NCBI GenBank assembly: GCA_041645535.1
Contig: JBAZPT010000002.1
Location: 170,853-234,852 of the forward strand
Length of the DNA: 64,000 nucleotides
Direction of reading: 5' to 3'
From: Parcubacteria group bacterium
GTDB taxonomy: Bacteria; Patescibacteriota; Minisyncoccia; Moranbacterales; UBA2206
This document shows positions 42,722-51,380 of the stretch, piece by piece (the first letter of the stretch is position 1; every line of letters begins with the position of its first letter). The translations under genes were made by a program, and so were the position numbers. Below the pieces are notes generated by a model. It was not told the origin of the DNA, ran no database searches, and was given only the letters and a program-made list of their open reading frames with translations.

Positions 42722-42772
42722 AAAAATATTCTGTAAAAAATAAATTAAACCCGACACAATTGGTGTGGGGGT
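42699..42772. repeat. inverted-repeat element D1 (ACCCCCACACCAAT / ATTGGTGTGGGGGT, 46-nt loop) inside the ABC operon
   Basis: 14-bp perfect arms. The left arm codes for the ATPase C-terminus and the right arm ends 9 nt before ATG 42782. Confidence 0.9.
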
Positions 42773-42781
42773 AAAAAAATA

Positions 42782-43996
42782 ATGCTACAAGATTTATTTA
42801 AAGAAACAATCTGGTCGCTTTCAAGCAATAAGGCGCGTTCGGGGCTTACGATTTTAGGCATTGTCATCGGCATCGCGTCAGTCATTACGATGGTGGCCAT
42901 TGGCCAGGGAGCCCAAAATTCGATTGAAACAAGCATTGAATCAATCGGTTCTAATTTAATTATGATTATGCCAGGCGCGCAACGGGTGGGCGGCATAAGC
43001 CAGGGCGGGGGCAGCGCGCAATCGCTCACCGTGGAAGACGCGGACGCGATTCGGGCGCAAATAGCGAATGTAAAAGCGGTGGCGCCGACAATGCAAAAGC
43101 GTTACCAAATTTCGTCCAAAGGAAAAAATACCAGCACGCAAGTTACGGGAACGGCAGAGGGCTATTTCATTGTCCGCAATCTAAAAATAAATATTGGCTC
43201 TTTTTTTAGTGAACAGCAAGTCAAAGTATCCGCTAAGGTGGCAGTCATCGGTCCGGATACTCGCGATGAATTATTCGGAGAAAATGTTAATCCGACTGGG
43301 CAAAGCATCCGTATCAACGGAGTTGACTTTCAAGTGATCGGCGTGACCGAAGCTAAGGGCGGATCCGGATTTAATAATCAGGATGACGCGGCGTATGTTC
43401 CGCTGGGGAGCGCCCAGCACTATCTTTCCGGGGATGAATATCTGAACAATATCAGTGTGGCGGCGGAAAACCAGGAATCCATGGGCGCGGTCCAGGAACA
43501 GATTTCAAGCCTGCTGATGTCGCGCCACAAAATAAAAAGCGCCGAAGAAGCGGATTTTAATATTATGAATCAAAACGATATTATTGCCACTGCGACCAGC
43601 ATAACGGATACATTTACGCTGTTGCTTTCTTCAATTGCCGGCATTTCGCTTTTGGTCGGCGGCATCGGCATTATGAATATGATGCTTACGACCGTTACTG
43701 AAAGGACGCGTGAAATTGGTTTGCGCAAAGCAGTGGGCATCCGTAAAGGTTATATTAATTTGCAATTTTTAGCTGAAGCTGTGACGCTCACTCTTTTGGG
43801 CGGAATAGCCGGGGTGGCGCTGGGATTTCTGGCTTCGTTTTTGATTTCAAAATTCGCAAGCCTTACCACGCAAATTTCACCTTCGGCCATACTGCTGGCC
43901 TTCGGCGTTTCGGCCGGCGTGGGAATTGTTTTTGGATTTTATCCTGCCCGCAAAGCCGCAGCCATGAGCCCCATAGATGCTCTAAAATATGAATAA
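42782..43996 (+). CDS. ABC transporter permease (MacB/FtsX family)
   Basis: 404 aa with a MacB periplasmic domain plus an FtsX C-terminal TM bundle. Confidence 0.85.
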   Translation: MLQDLFKETIWSLSSNKARSGLTILGIVIGIASVITMVAIGQGAQNSIETSIESIGSNLIMIMPGAQRVGGISQGGGSAQSLTVEDADAIRAQIANVKAVAPTMQKRYQISSKGKNTSTQVTGTAEGYFIVRNLKINIGSFFSEQQVKVSAKVAVIGPDTRDELFGENVNPTGQSIRINGVDFQVIGVTEAKGGSGFNNQDDAAYVPLGSAQHYLSGDEYLNNISVAAENQESMGAVQEQISSLLMSRHKIKSAEEADFNIMNQNDIIATATSITDTFTLLLSSIAGISLLVGGIGIMNMMLTTVTERTREIGLRKAVGIRKGYINLQFLAEAVTLTLLGGIAGVALGFLASFLISKFASLTTQISPSAILLAFGVSAGVGIVFGFYPARKAAAMSPIDALKYE

Positions 43997-44001
43997 TAAT
44001 T

Positions 44002-45408
44002 TCAATTGCGTTTTACGCTAGTGGCGGTGATGTAAGCTCCGCGGATTGAACCGGTGACAGTTACTTTGTCGCCTTTTTTTAATGTGGCGAGATTCAATGT
44101 CGCGCCGGAAGCAGTTGTGACGCGCGAATAATTATAGACTTGGACGCCATAAGCGATTCCGTCAGCAACCATCGAAAATGCGCCGGCTCGCGAAGTGCTG
44201 GCATTGACAGCAGTCACTTTTCCGGAAATAGCTTGTCCTCCGCCGGCGAAAACTGGCGAGCCGGAAGATTTGGTGTTTAGATCATTAACTTGAATGGTTT
44301 TTATTTTTTCCGCTTCCGGAACCGCCTGTGAAGTCGGGCGGTAGGCCGTTTTTTGATCCAGGCTTTTTTTGTCCACAGCCATAGAAGACACAAAACTGCG
44401 CACCAGATATTCGCGGACAATCTTGCCAGTTTCGGGAACAACTTCCACAATCCGGTGCCGACCGGATTCAGCAATCAAAACGTGGCCGTTAGAAAGCTTG
44501 GCAGTGTCAGTGGGACCGCTCAAGTTTTTTCCATCCGATAATTTATTCAGGAGCCACAAAATTTTCCCAGAGCGGTCAACTTCAAAAACTTCTCCTTTTA
44601 GGCGGTCTTCCAAGACAAAGGTATTTTCATCAGTGGCGAAAACATTTTGCAGCCATTCGGCATCTGGTTTTTGATATTCCCAGACAATATTTTTAGTCTC
44701 TCGATCAACAAGCATAATTTTTTTCTCAATCGTGTCGGTAATCAGAAATTCTTGGCCGCCTTTAAGCGGGCGCACGCTGGTGTTGCCTTTCAGAAATCCC
44801 GGCGCGGAACTCATTTTGTGATATTCTCCATACTCCCAGACAACCTGATTAGTTTTTTGATCCACTACTTTTACCTGGCGGTCATTGCCGTCGTTGATGA
44901 CTATTTCGTGATCATTGAATTTAAAAGCTTTGTCCGGCTCATCCAAAACTCCGCCGCGATAAGTCTGCAGGCCGGCAGTTCCGTATTGCCAGACCAGGTT
45001 ATGATTTTGCCGGTCAAGTTCCTGCACCATCATACCATCGCCGTGCGAAGCAATCAGATTGCCATTGGTCGCGATCGTCACATATTCAATCCCGCCGATA
45101 AAATACCAGCTCGTTTGCGGAATCGGCGCGCTGTTCATATTCTGTTCCCAGACTACTTTGCCATCCGGGTCAAAACCTAAAACGCGGTTGCCGCTAAAAT
45201 CAGTAATCCACAAAATGGAAAACCCCGGGCCAAAATCAGGAACTTTCGCGGGGGTTTCCGGAAAGGAGCTTATCTTGTTTGATTCGTTTTCTATTTTTGA
45301 AATTTTATTTTTTTGTGAAAAAATAAAAACCCCCGCGAGAATTATCACGGCGATCAAGGCTGTCGTTTGAATTTGTTTTTTGTATTTTATCCAAATATTA
45401 TTTTCCAT
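44002..45408 (-). CDS. membrane-anchored beta-propeller-like repeat protein with DUF5666-like C-terminus
   Basis: 468 aa with recurring VW(E/Q)Y motifs (VVWEQN, LVWQYG, VVWEYG, IVWEYQ, ILWLLN). The C-terminal 70 aa resemble the 40408 ORF domain. Confidence 0.4.
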   Translation of the reverse strand: MENNIWIKYKKQIQTTALIAVIILAGVFIFSQKNKISKIENESNKISSFPETPAKVPDFGPGFSILWITDFSGNRVLGFDPDGKVVWEQNMNSAPIPQTSWYFIGGIEYVTIATNGNLIASHGDGMMVQELDRQNHNLVWQYGTAGLQTYRGGVLDEPDKAFKFNDHEIVINDGNDRQVKVVDQKTNQVVWEYGEYHKMSSAPGFLKGNTSVRPLKGGQEFLITDTIEKKIMLVDRETKNIVWEYQKPDAEWLQNVFATDENTFVLEDRLKGEVFEVDRSGKILWLLNKLSDGKNLSGPTDTAKLSNGHVLIAESGRHRIVEVVPETGKIVREYLVRSFVSSMAVDKKSLDQKTAYRPTSQAVPEAEKIKTIQVNDLNTKSSGSPVFAGGGQAISGKVTAVNASTSRAGAFSMVADGIAYGVQVYNYSRVTTASGATLNLATLKKGDKVTVTGSIRGAYITATSVKRN

Positions 45409-46129
45409 AATTTCCCGGCGCGTGGTTGGCGGCGTAGTTTTTCAGGAATTTTTCCTGCGCGATGCTGACTCCGCCTTGGAAAAGTTTAGCTTCTTCCAGA
45501 ACTTGATCCACCGGCCAGCCTTGGACGGCATAGCGGTAAAGCGCGACCATTACTCCGGCGCGGCCGATGCCTCCGCGGCAATGGACATGCGCGGGTTGGT
45601 TTTCCGGTTTGGCGACAAAAGACAAGAATTGTTCCGCCTGCGCGTCTGTGGGCGCGGCGCCGTCCAGCATTTGGATTTTCAAATAGTTTAGCCCCAATTC
45701 TTTGAAGCCGGGGATAAGCGCGTCGTCCGAAACTTCCGGCGCGTGGTCTCCGTCAACGCGCAAATTGATGTCGCTTTTCCAGCCGTTGTTTTTCATCCAC
45801 TGAAATCCGGAAAGTGTCGGTTGGCCGGAACGGGAAAGAACGCCGGGAACGGGAATAGCAAAAGACCAAAAGCCGTAATCGCTTGGAGCATCGGCCGGCA
45901 AATTACCGCGTGGGCCGACAAAAATTATTTCTGGCGTTTTTATTTCAGCAGTTTTTGCCGGCGTCTGAATTTCTTCGCTTGGGGACTTAGTCCCCAAGTC
46001 ATGCGGAGCCAAAGTTTTGCGGCCGGAAAGGATAAAAATCAAAAACAGGATAACGACAAAAGCAACCGCGAGAAGATAGTAGTTGTATTTTTTCAAAATA
46101 AGCATGGTTTGATTATACCACAACACCAT
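45398..46129 (-). CDS. protein tyrosine / dual-specificity phosphatase, membrane anchored
   Basis: CX5R active site HVHCRGGIGRAG. It overlaps the downstream gene by 11 nt. Confidence 0.65.
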   Translation of the reverse strand: MVLWYNQTMLILKKYNYYLLAVAFVVILFLIFILSGRKTLAPHDLGTKSPSEEIQTPAKTAEIKTPEIIFVGPRGNLPADAPSDYGFWSFAIPVPGVLSRSGQPTLSGFQWMKNNGWKSDINLRVDGDHAPEVSDDALIPGFKELGLNYLKIQMLDGAAPTDAQAEQFLSFVAKPENQPAHVHCRGGIGRAGVMVALYRYAVQGWPVDQVLEEAKLFQGGVSIAQEKFLKNYAANHAPGNYGK

Positions 46130-46190
46130 TAAAAGCTAATAAAAATTGATTATGCCAGATAAGTACGATCGTACTCAAGTGGTATAATTA

Positions 46191-46218
46191 TTGAATTTGG
46201 CTTGATAAGTGATATAAT
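46191..46218 (+). promoter_or_regulatory. promoter with extended -10
   Basis: TTGAAT (46191-46196), 16 nt, TGaTATAAT (46210-46218). An upstream 14-bp palindrome AGTACGATCGTACT lies at 46162-46175. Confidence 0.5.
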
Positions 46219-46251
46219 AAATAAAGGCATAATAAGGCTTAAATAAGCGCT

Positions 46252-46953
46252 ATGAAAAGCGAAGGGATTGTAGCAGAACTCCAAAAACTCAAAAATCCGG
46301 AGAAAGCCAGGCTTCTTGGCCGGTTTTTTAAGTGCGCCAAGGGAGAATATGGAGAAGGGGATATTTTTTGGGGCATTATGGTTCCACTTCAGCGGCAAGT
46401 CGCCAAGAAATATTTTCAAGAGGCGGACTTAAAAGACGCGCAAAAATTATTGGATAGTCCAGTGTATGAACAACGCCTCACCGGGCTTTTGATGTTGGTT
46501 TTAAAATTCGGGAAAGCCGATGAAAAACTGCGGAAAGTTGTTTATAATTTCTATTTAAAAAACACTAAGCGGATCAACAATTGGGACTTAGTGGATCTTA
46601 CGGCGCCGAAAATTGTCGGCGGATATTTATTAAATAAAGATCGAAAAATTTTATACAAGCTGGCCCGATCCAAAAATTTATGGGAGCGGCGCATCGCGGT
46701 CTTGGCGACGTTCATGTTTATTCGCGATAATCAATTTGCAGACTCACTTAAAATTTCCGAAATATTATTAAACGACAAACACGATCTCATACACAAAGCC
46801 GTTGGCTGGATGCTTAGGGAAATCGGCAAAAGAGACATAAAAGCGGAAGAAAAATTTTTGCAAAAATATTACCGCGCTATGCCACGCACCATGCTGCGTT
46901 ACGCGATTGAAAAATTTCCGGAGAGGAAAAGAAAAAAGTATCTGGAGAAATAA
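46252..46953 (+). CDS. DNA alkylation repair protein (AlkD/AlkC-like HEAT repeats)
   Basis: 233 aa, WDLVDLTAPKIVG, LWERRIAVLATF, HKAVGWMLREIGKRD. Confidence 0.7.
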   Translation: MKSEGIVAELQKLKNPEKARLLGRFFKCAKGEYGEGDIFWGIMVPLQRQVAKKYFQEADLKDAQKLLDSPVYEQRLTGLLMLVLKFGKADEKLRKVVYNFYLKNTKRINNWDLVDLTAPKIVGGYLLNKDRKILYKLARSKNLWERRIAVLATFMFIRDNQFADSLKISEILLNDKHDLIHKAVGWMLREIGKRDIKAEEKFLQKYYRAMPRTMLRYAIEKFPERKRKKYLEK

Positions 46954-46961
46954 TTTTCCGC

Positions 46962-46990
46962 TTGACTTTTGCAGCATTAAAGAGTATATT
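46962..46990 (+). promoter_or_regulatory. promoter-like element upstream of GIY-YIG copy 3
   Basis: TTGACT (46962-46967), 17 nt, TATATT (46985-46990). Followed by the hairpin CTGCC-tggg-GGCAG plus T7 (47010-47030). Confidence 0.4.
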
Positions 46991-47031
46991 TATTAAGTAG
47001 ATTATTTCTGCCTGGGGGCAGTTTTTTTCAT

Positions 47032-47393
47032 CCCCACACCAATTATGTTTTATTTATATATTCTAAAAAGCAAAAAAGACAAGGAGATGTACATTGGTTC
47101 TACCAATGATTTACGAAAACGGCTAGCAATGCATAATTCAGGAAAAATTTATTCTACGAAATTTAGAAAACCACTCGATTTAATATACTACGAGGCATAC
47201 AAATCAGAAGAGGACGCTCGAAGAAGAGAGCATAATTTAAAATTAAGAAGCAGGGCATTTGCCCAATTAATGAAACGCATCCAAGAAAGTTTGAAATAAA
47301 CCCACACACCAATAATTAATAAATATGGTTTAGTAGAATCAGTTGGCCATTGGTGTGAGGGTAAATTTTTCTCAAAACATAATTGGTGTGGGG
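47032..47393 (+). mobile_element. D-family inverted repeat enclosing a GIY-YIG gene (candidate autonomous element)
   Basis: Outer arms CCCCACACCAATT (47032-47044) / AATTGGTGTGGGG (47381-47393). Inner imperfect pair 47300-47313 / 47349-47362. Confidence 0.5.
47045..47299 (+). CDS. GIY-YIG nuclease-domain protein, copy 3 (divergent)
   Basis: 84 aa, MFYLYILKSKKDKEMYIGSTNDLRKRLAMH...YYEAY...ARRRE. About 40% identical by eye to the tRNA-linked copies. Confidence 0.8.
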   Translation: MFYLYILKSKKDKEMYIGSTNDLRKRLAMHNSGKIYSTKFRKPLDLIYYEAYKSEEDARRREHNLKLRSRAFAQLMKRIQESLK

Positions 47394-47397
47394 ATAA

Positions 47398-49179
47398 ATG
47401 GAAATTAGAAACATCGCAATTATCGCTCATGTGGATCACGGCAAAACGACCTTGACCGATGCTTTGATGCGCCAAACGGGGATGGTGACGGACGAGTCAG
47501 TGAGCATGGACTCGAATACTTTGGAAAAAGAAAGAGGCATTACGATTTATTCCAAAAATACCTCTGTCTTTTACAAAGATACAAAAATTAACATCGTGGA
47601 TACGCCGGGACACGCTGATTTCGGCAGTGAAGTTGAGCGGGTGTTGCGCGCGATTGACAGCGTGATTCTGGTGGTGGACGCGCAGGAAGGCCCGATGCCG
47701 CAGACCCGATTTGTTTTGAAAAAATCTTTGGAATTGGGACTGAAACCGATTGTGGTGATTAATAAAATTGACAAGCCGGCGGCCGATCCGGATTTGGCGC
47801 AAGAAGAAGTCTATGAGCTATTTTTGGATTTGGGCGCGAGCGACGAACAATTGGATTTCACGGCGGTTTATGCCATAGCCAAGCAGGGCATTGCTAAAAT
47901 GCATTTGGATGATGAATCAAAAGATCTGACACCTCTTCTCGACACGATCCTTGAGAAAGTCAAAAAGGCGGATCAAGATACGGAAGCGCCGCTGCGCATG
48001 CAGCCTTTCAATCTGGGTTATGATAATTTTTTGGGACGGCTGGCGATCGGGCGGGTGCAGGAAGGCCGGATGAAAGTCGGCGAAAATGTGATTGTCAAAA
48101 AACCGACGGGCGAGGCGCGCAGCGGAAAAATTACTAAGCTCTATACTTTTTACGGCATACAAAGAAAAGAAGTGGAATCGGCTGAAGCCGGGGACATTGT
48201 GATGCTGGCGGGAATTTCTGACATCTATATTGGCGAAACAATTTGCGTTTCCGCGGAGCAGGAGGCGTTGCCGGCGATCCATATTGACGAACCAACTATT
48301 TCTTTGAATTTTTTGGTCAATGATTCGCCGTTTGCGGGGCGGGAAGGAAAATTCGTGACCAACAAACAGTTGCGCGAACGGCTGGAAAAAGAATTGGAAA
48401 TAAATGTCGGGCTCAAAATTGATTTCGAAGGCGATCATTACAAGGTTTATGGGCGGGGAGAACTGCACATCGCCATTCTTTTGGAAAATATGCGGCGCGA
48501 AGGCTATGAAATGCAAGTTTCCCAGCCGCAAGTCATTATAAAAGATATTAAAGGAACAAAATCAGAACCTTTTGAAGAAGTGACGATTGATGTGCCGGAC
48601 GCGAGCGCCGGAACGGTCATTGAAAAAATGGGCAGGCGCAAGGCGATTATGATGAATATGAAACAAGTCAGCGGACAATCCCGTTTGATTTTTGAAGGGC
48701 CGACACGCGGACTCTTGGGATACCGCGGAGAATTTGTGATTGATACGCGGGGCGTGGGCATTATGTCTTCGCGCGTGATCGGATTCAAGCCGTATGTCGG
48801 AGAAATTCAGCGGCACTCGGTCGGGTCAATGATTTCCATGGCAACCGGGAAAGCGTTGGGTTTTTCTTTGGCGAATTTGCAAGAGCGCGGAGTTTTGTAT
48901 ATCGCGTCGGCGGTAGAGGTTTATGATGGGATGGTGGTGGGGAACACCGCCAAAGGTCTGGATATGGAAGTCAACCCGACCAAGGGCAAGCAAATGTCCA
49001 ATATGCGTTCTTCCGGAGCGGACGAAGCTTTGCAGCTGGTGCCTTTTTGGGAAATTACGATTGAGCGGGGACTGGAAATTATGGCGGCTGACGAGTATCT
49101 GGAAGTCACGCCGAAATCCGTGCGCCTGCGCAAGCAGGGTCTTTCGGAAGTTGAGAGGAAGAGGCTGAATAGAAAATAG
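47398..49179 (+). CDS. typA: translational GTPase TypA/BipA
   Basis: 593 aa, [25 protein letters not shown]-like domains without domain IV. Confidence 0.9.
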   Translation: MEIRNIAIIAHVDHGKTTLTDALMRQTGMVTDESVSMDSNTLEKERGITIYSKNTSVFYKDTKINIVDTPGHADFGSEVERVLRAIDSVILVVDAQEGPMPQTRFVLKKSLELGLKPIVVINKIDKPAADPDLAQEEVYELFLDLGASDEQLDFTAVYAIAKQGIAKMHLDDESKDLTPLLDTILEKVKKADQDTEAPLRMQPFNLGYDNFLGRLAIGRVQEGRMKVGENVIVKKPTGEARSGKITKLYTFYGIQRKEVESAEAGDIVMLAGISDIYIGETICVSAEQEALPAIHIDEPTISLNFLVNDSPFAGREGKFVTNKQLRERLEKELEINVGLKIDFEGDHYKVYGRGELHIAILLENMRREGYEMQVSQPQVIIKDIKGTKSEPFEEVTIDVPDASAGTVIEKMGRRKAIMMNMKQVSGQSRLIFEGPTRGLLGYRGEFVIDTRGVGIMSSRVIGFKPYVGEIQRHSVGSMISMATGKALGFSLANLQERGVLYIASAVEVYDGMVVGNTAKGLDMEVNPTKGKQMSNMRSSGADEALQLVPFWEITIERGLEIMAADEYLEVTPKSVRLRKQGLSEVERKRLNRK

Positions 49180-49262
49180 ATTTACACTTGTACTGCTATC
49201 GCCTAACAAATGTAAAAGTATAAGAAAGTATTTTTGTGGTATAATAAGCTCAAAGAACAGCT

Positions 49263-49811
49263 ATGTCATTTTTTTTAAATATTGATAGCCATGTAGAAAA
49301 CTTTTTTCTGTCCATCCGCGGCCAAGGCGGAGTGGATTTTTTCTCGGCTGTTACCTGGCTGGGCGAATGGAAAATTTTAATTTTTGTCGTGGTTTTAATA
49401 GCAGTTATTTTTTGGCTGAAAAATAAAAAAGAATATATCCTGCCTTTTTTAATTACAGTCGGTGGGGCGGGAATTTCCGGGCAAATCTTCAAGATTATTT
49501 TTGAGCGGGTTCGTCCGATCGGAGACCTTAAAACAGGGGATCCGTTTTCCTTTCCCAGCGGGCACGCGCTCATTGCCGTGGCCTTCTATGGCTTTCTGGT
49601 TTATTATTTTTGGCAGACCTCTAAAGACCAAGTGCAAAAATATTTTTTTCTGATCATGGGTTTAATTCTCATTTTGCTTATCGGCGCGAGCCGCCTGTAT
49701 CTGGATATGCACTATTTTAGCGATGTCATCGGCGGATACATTCTCGGCGCAATCTGGCTGGCTATCGGCATATATTTTCATCGAAAAAACTCCAAAACCA
49801 GCGCAGTATAA
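49263..49811 (+). CDS. PAP2-family phosphatase (undecaprenyl-diphosphatase-like)
   Basis: Motifs RVRP, PSGH, SRLYLDMHYFSDV. Confidence 0.75.
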   Translation: MSFFLNIDSHVENFFLSIRGQGGVDFFSAVTWLGEWKILIFVVVLIAVIFWLKNKKEYILPFLITVGGAGISGQIFKIIFERVRPIGDLKTGDPFSFPSGHALIAVAFYGFLVYYFWQTSKDQVQKYFFLIMGLILILLIGASRLYLDMHYFSDVIGGYILGAIWLAIGIYFHRKNSKTSAV

Positions 49812-49839
49812 CGCCATTTTTTCAATAAAAGTCAACTTT

Positions 49840-49880
49840 ATCCAGCACTAACTTTTTCTATGTAAAAGTTAGTGCTGGAT
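49840..49880. repeat. hairpin A3 (ATCCAGCACTAACTTTT / AAAAGTTAGTGCTGGAT, 7-nt loop)
   Basis: 17-bp perfect stem. It shares the GCACTAACTT core with A1 and A2. Confidence 0.85.
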
Positions 49881-49897
49881 TGACACCACATAAGAAA

Positions 49898-49924
49898 ACC
49901 TGCTAGCCTGAAAGCAGGTTTTTT
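49898..49924 (+). terminator. rho-independent terminator
   Basis: ACCTGCT-agcctgaa-AGCAGGT followed by TTTTT. Confidence 0.7.
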
Positions 49925-49993
49925 GGTCTTTGACAAATATTTCCAAATTTTGGAAATCAGATAAATACTACATAAAGAAAGGCGGTGAGGAAG

Positions 49994-50224
49994 ATGGGCT
50001 GGTATTGCTCGAAGAGATTTAAAAAAGATGTTAAAAGGGAAAAAGAAGAGGCGGAAAAAATAGCAAAACCGGAAATATCATTTGAAGAGGTGGATTGTCC
50101 GGAGGGCAAAAAAGATTTATCAACCGGGCAAATCTTGAAAGTAAAAATGCTCCTTGGAAATAAGTGCAATAAAGCAAAAGGCTGTAAAACTTCCTGCGGG
50201 CATAAAGCATCCGGAAGAAATTAA
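49994..50224 (+). CDS. small Lys/Cys-rich hypothetical protein
   Basis: 76 aa from ATG 49994 with GGTGAGGA upstream. Five Cys residues, no family recognised. Confidence 0.3.
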   Translation: MGWYCSKRFKKDVKREKEEAEKIAKPEISFEEVDCPEGKKDLSTGQILKVKMLLGNKCNKAKGCKTSCGHKASGRN

Positions 50225-50294
50225 TGAAGCGGGGATCATAAGCGGCTCATAAGCCGAATCGATTAGAAACAATCAAAAAGAAAGAGGTGAAAAG

Positions 50295-51308
50295 ATGGAT
50301 AAAAATTTCGCGGATAGGTTGATTAAGGAAATACTGGAAAAAAAGAGTTACCTATGTGTAGGACTGGATCCACAGATTAAATATTTTCCCCCACATCTCT
50401 GCAGTTACTACGGGCGGAAATATTTTGATCCATTTGAAGCAACGGCGGAAATGATCATCGCTTTTAACAAGGCCATCATTGACGCTACGGCCGAATCCGC
50501 GCTTTGTTTCAAGCCACAAATGGCCTTTTATGAAAAGTATGGCCATCATGGCGTGAGAGCCTTTATGGAAACGGTGAAGTATGCGCAAAATGCCGGTTTT
50601 ATTGTCATAGAAGACGCGAAAAGAGAAGACGGCGGGGACACCGCACAGGCTTATGCCGATGGTCATCTTGGATGGGTTGATGTTATCAGCCCAGATGGCT
50701 ACATAACCAATACACATTCACCTTACGATGTTTCGGCGATTACAGTAACGCCATGGATCGATAGTCCAAACTTCGATTCCTTCATCAGTGTTTCCAAGGC
50801 AAAAGGCAAGGGATTTTTTGTTGTTACGAAGACATCCTTTAAGCCGGCATCCGATTTGCAGGAGACCCTTGTTGTTGATAGAGATGAAGAAGGCAAAGAA
50901 GTTCATATTAAAGCTTGGATAAAACTTGCCCGTAAAGTCAAAAAACTTGGCGAAGATTTGATAGGCGAGAAAGGCTATTCGTCTGCCGGAGTTGTCATGG
51001 GGGCGACATATCCAGAAGAAGCGAAAGTTATGAAAGAAGAGATCCCAATGTGTTTCAAGCTGATCCCGGGATTCGGTTATCAGGGCGGTGGTCCTGATGA
51101 CGCTGTTGTGTCAATTAATGACGACGGCTTTGGAGGGATTATTAACAATTCCAGAGCTACAAATTATGCTTGGCATCCGAAATTCAAAACCGGATATGAA
51201 TGCGTCGGAACATCTTTTGCGATTGCGGCTGCCAAGGCGGCAAAAGCAGGCAGGGATACTCTTAATGAAGCCGTGCGTCGCAGTATCGGCATGATGCCCT
51301 GGGCATAA
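50295..51308 (+). CDS. pyrF: orotidine 5'-phosphate decarboxylase, type 2
   Basis: 337 aa, YLCVGLDP, FIVIEDAKREDGGDTAQAYA. The long form is typical of type 2 enzymes. Confidence 0.7.
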   Translation: MDKNFADRLIKEILEKKSYLCVGLDPQIKYFPPHLCSYYGRKYFDPFEATAEMIIAFNKAIIDATAESALCFKPQMAFYEKYGHHGVRAFMETVKYAQNAGFIVIEDAKREDGGDTAQAYADGHLGWVDVISPDGYITNTHSPYDVSAITVTPWIDSPNFDSFISVSKAKGKGFFVVTKTSFKPASDLQETLVVDRDEEGKEVHIKAWIKLARKVKKLGEDLIGEKGYSSAGVVMGATYPEEAKVMKEEIPMCFKLIPGFGYQGGGPDDAVVSINDDGFGGIINNSRATNYAWHPKFKTGYECVGTSFAIAAAKAAKAGRDTLNEAVRRSIGMMPWA

Positions 51309-51380
51309 AATAAACCACCGGCGGATTGGGAATGAAAAATTCCCTTTCCGCCGAAAAATTTTGAGGAAAGGAGGCAAAGA

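Noticed and set aside
46162-46175. The 14-bp perfect palindrome AGTACGATCGTACT next to a TGgTATAAT box, considered as a regulated promoter for the alkD-like gene.
   Set aside because: A better promoter (TTGAAT-16-TGaTATAAT, 46191-46218) lies closer to the gene. The palindrome may belong to the divergent phosphatase gene or be incidental. There is not enough evidence for a separate call.
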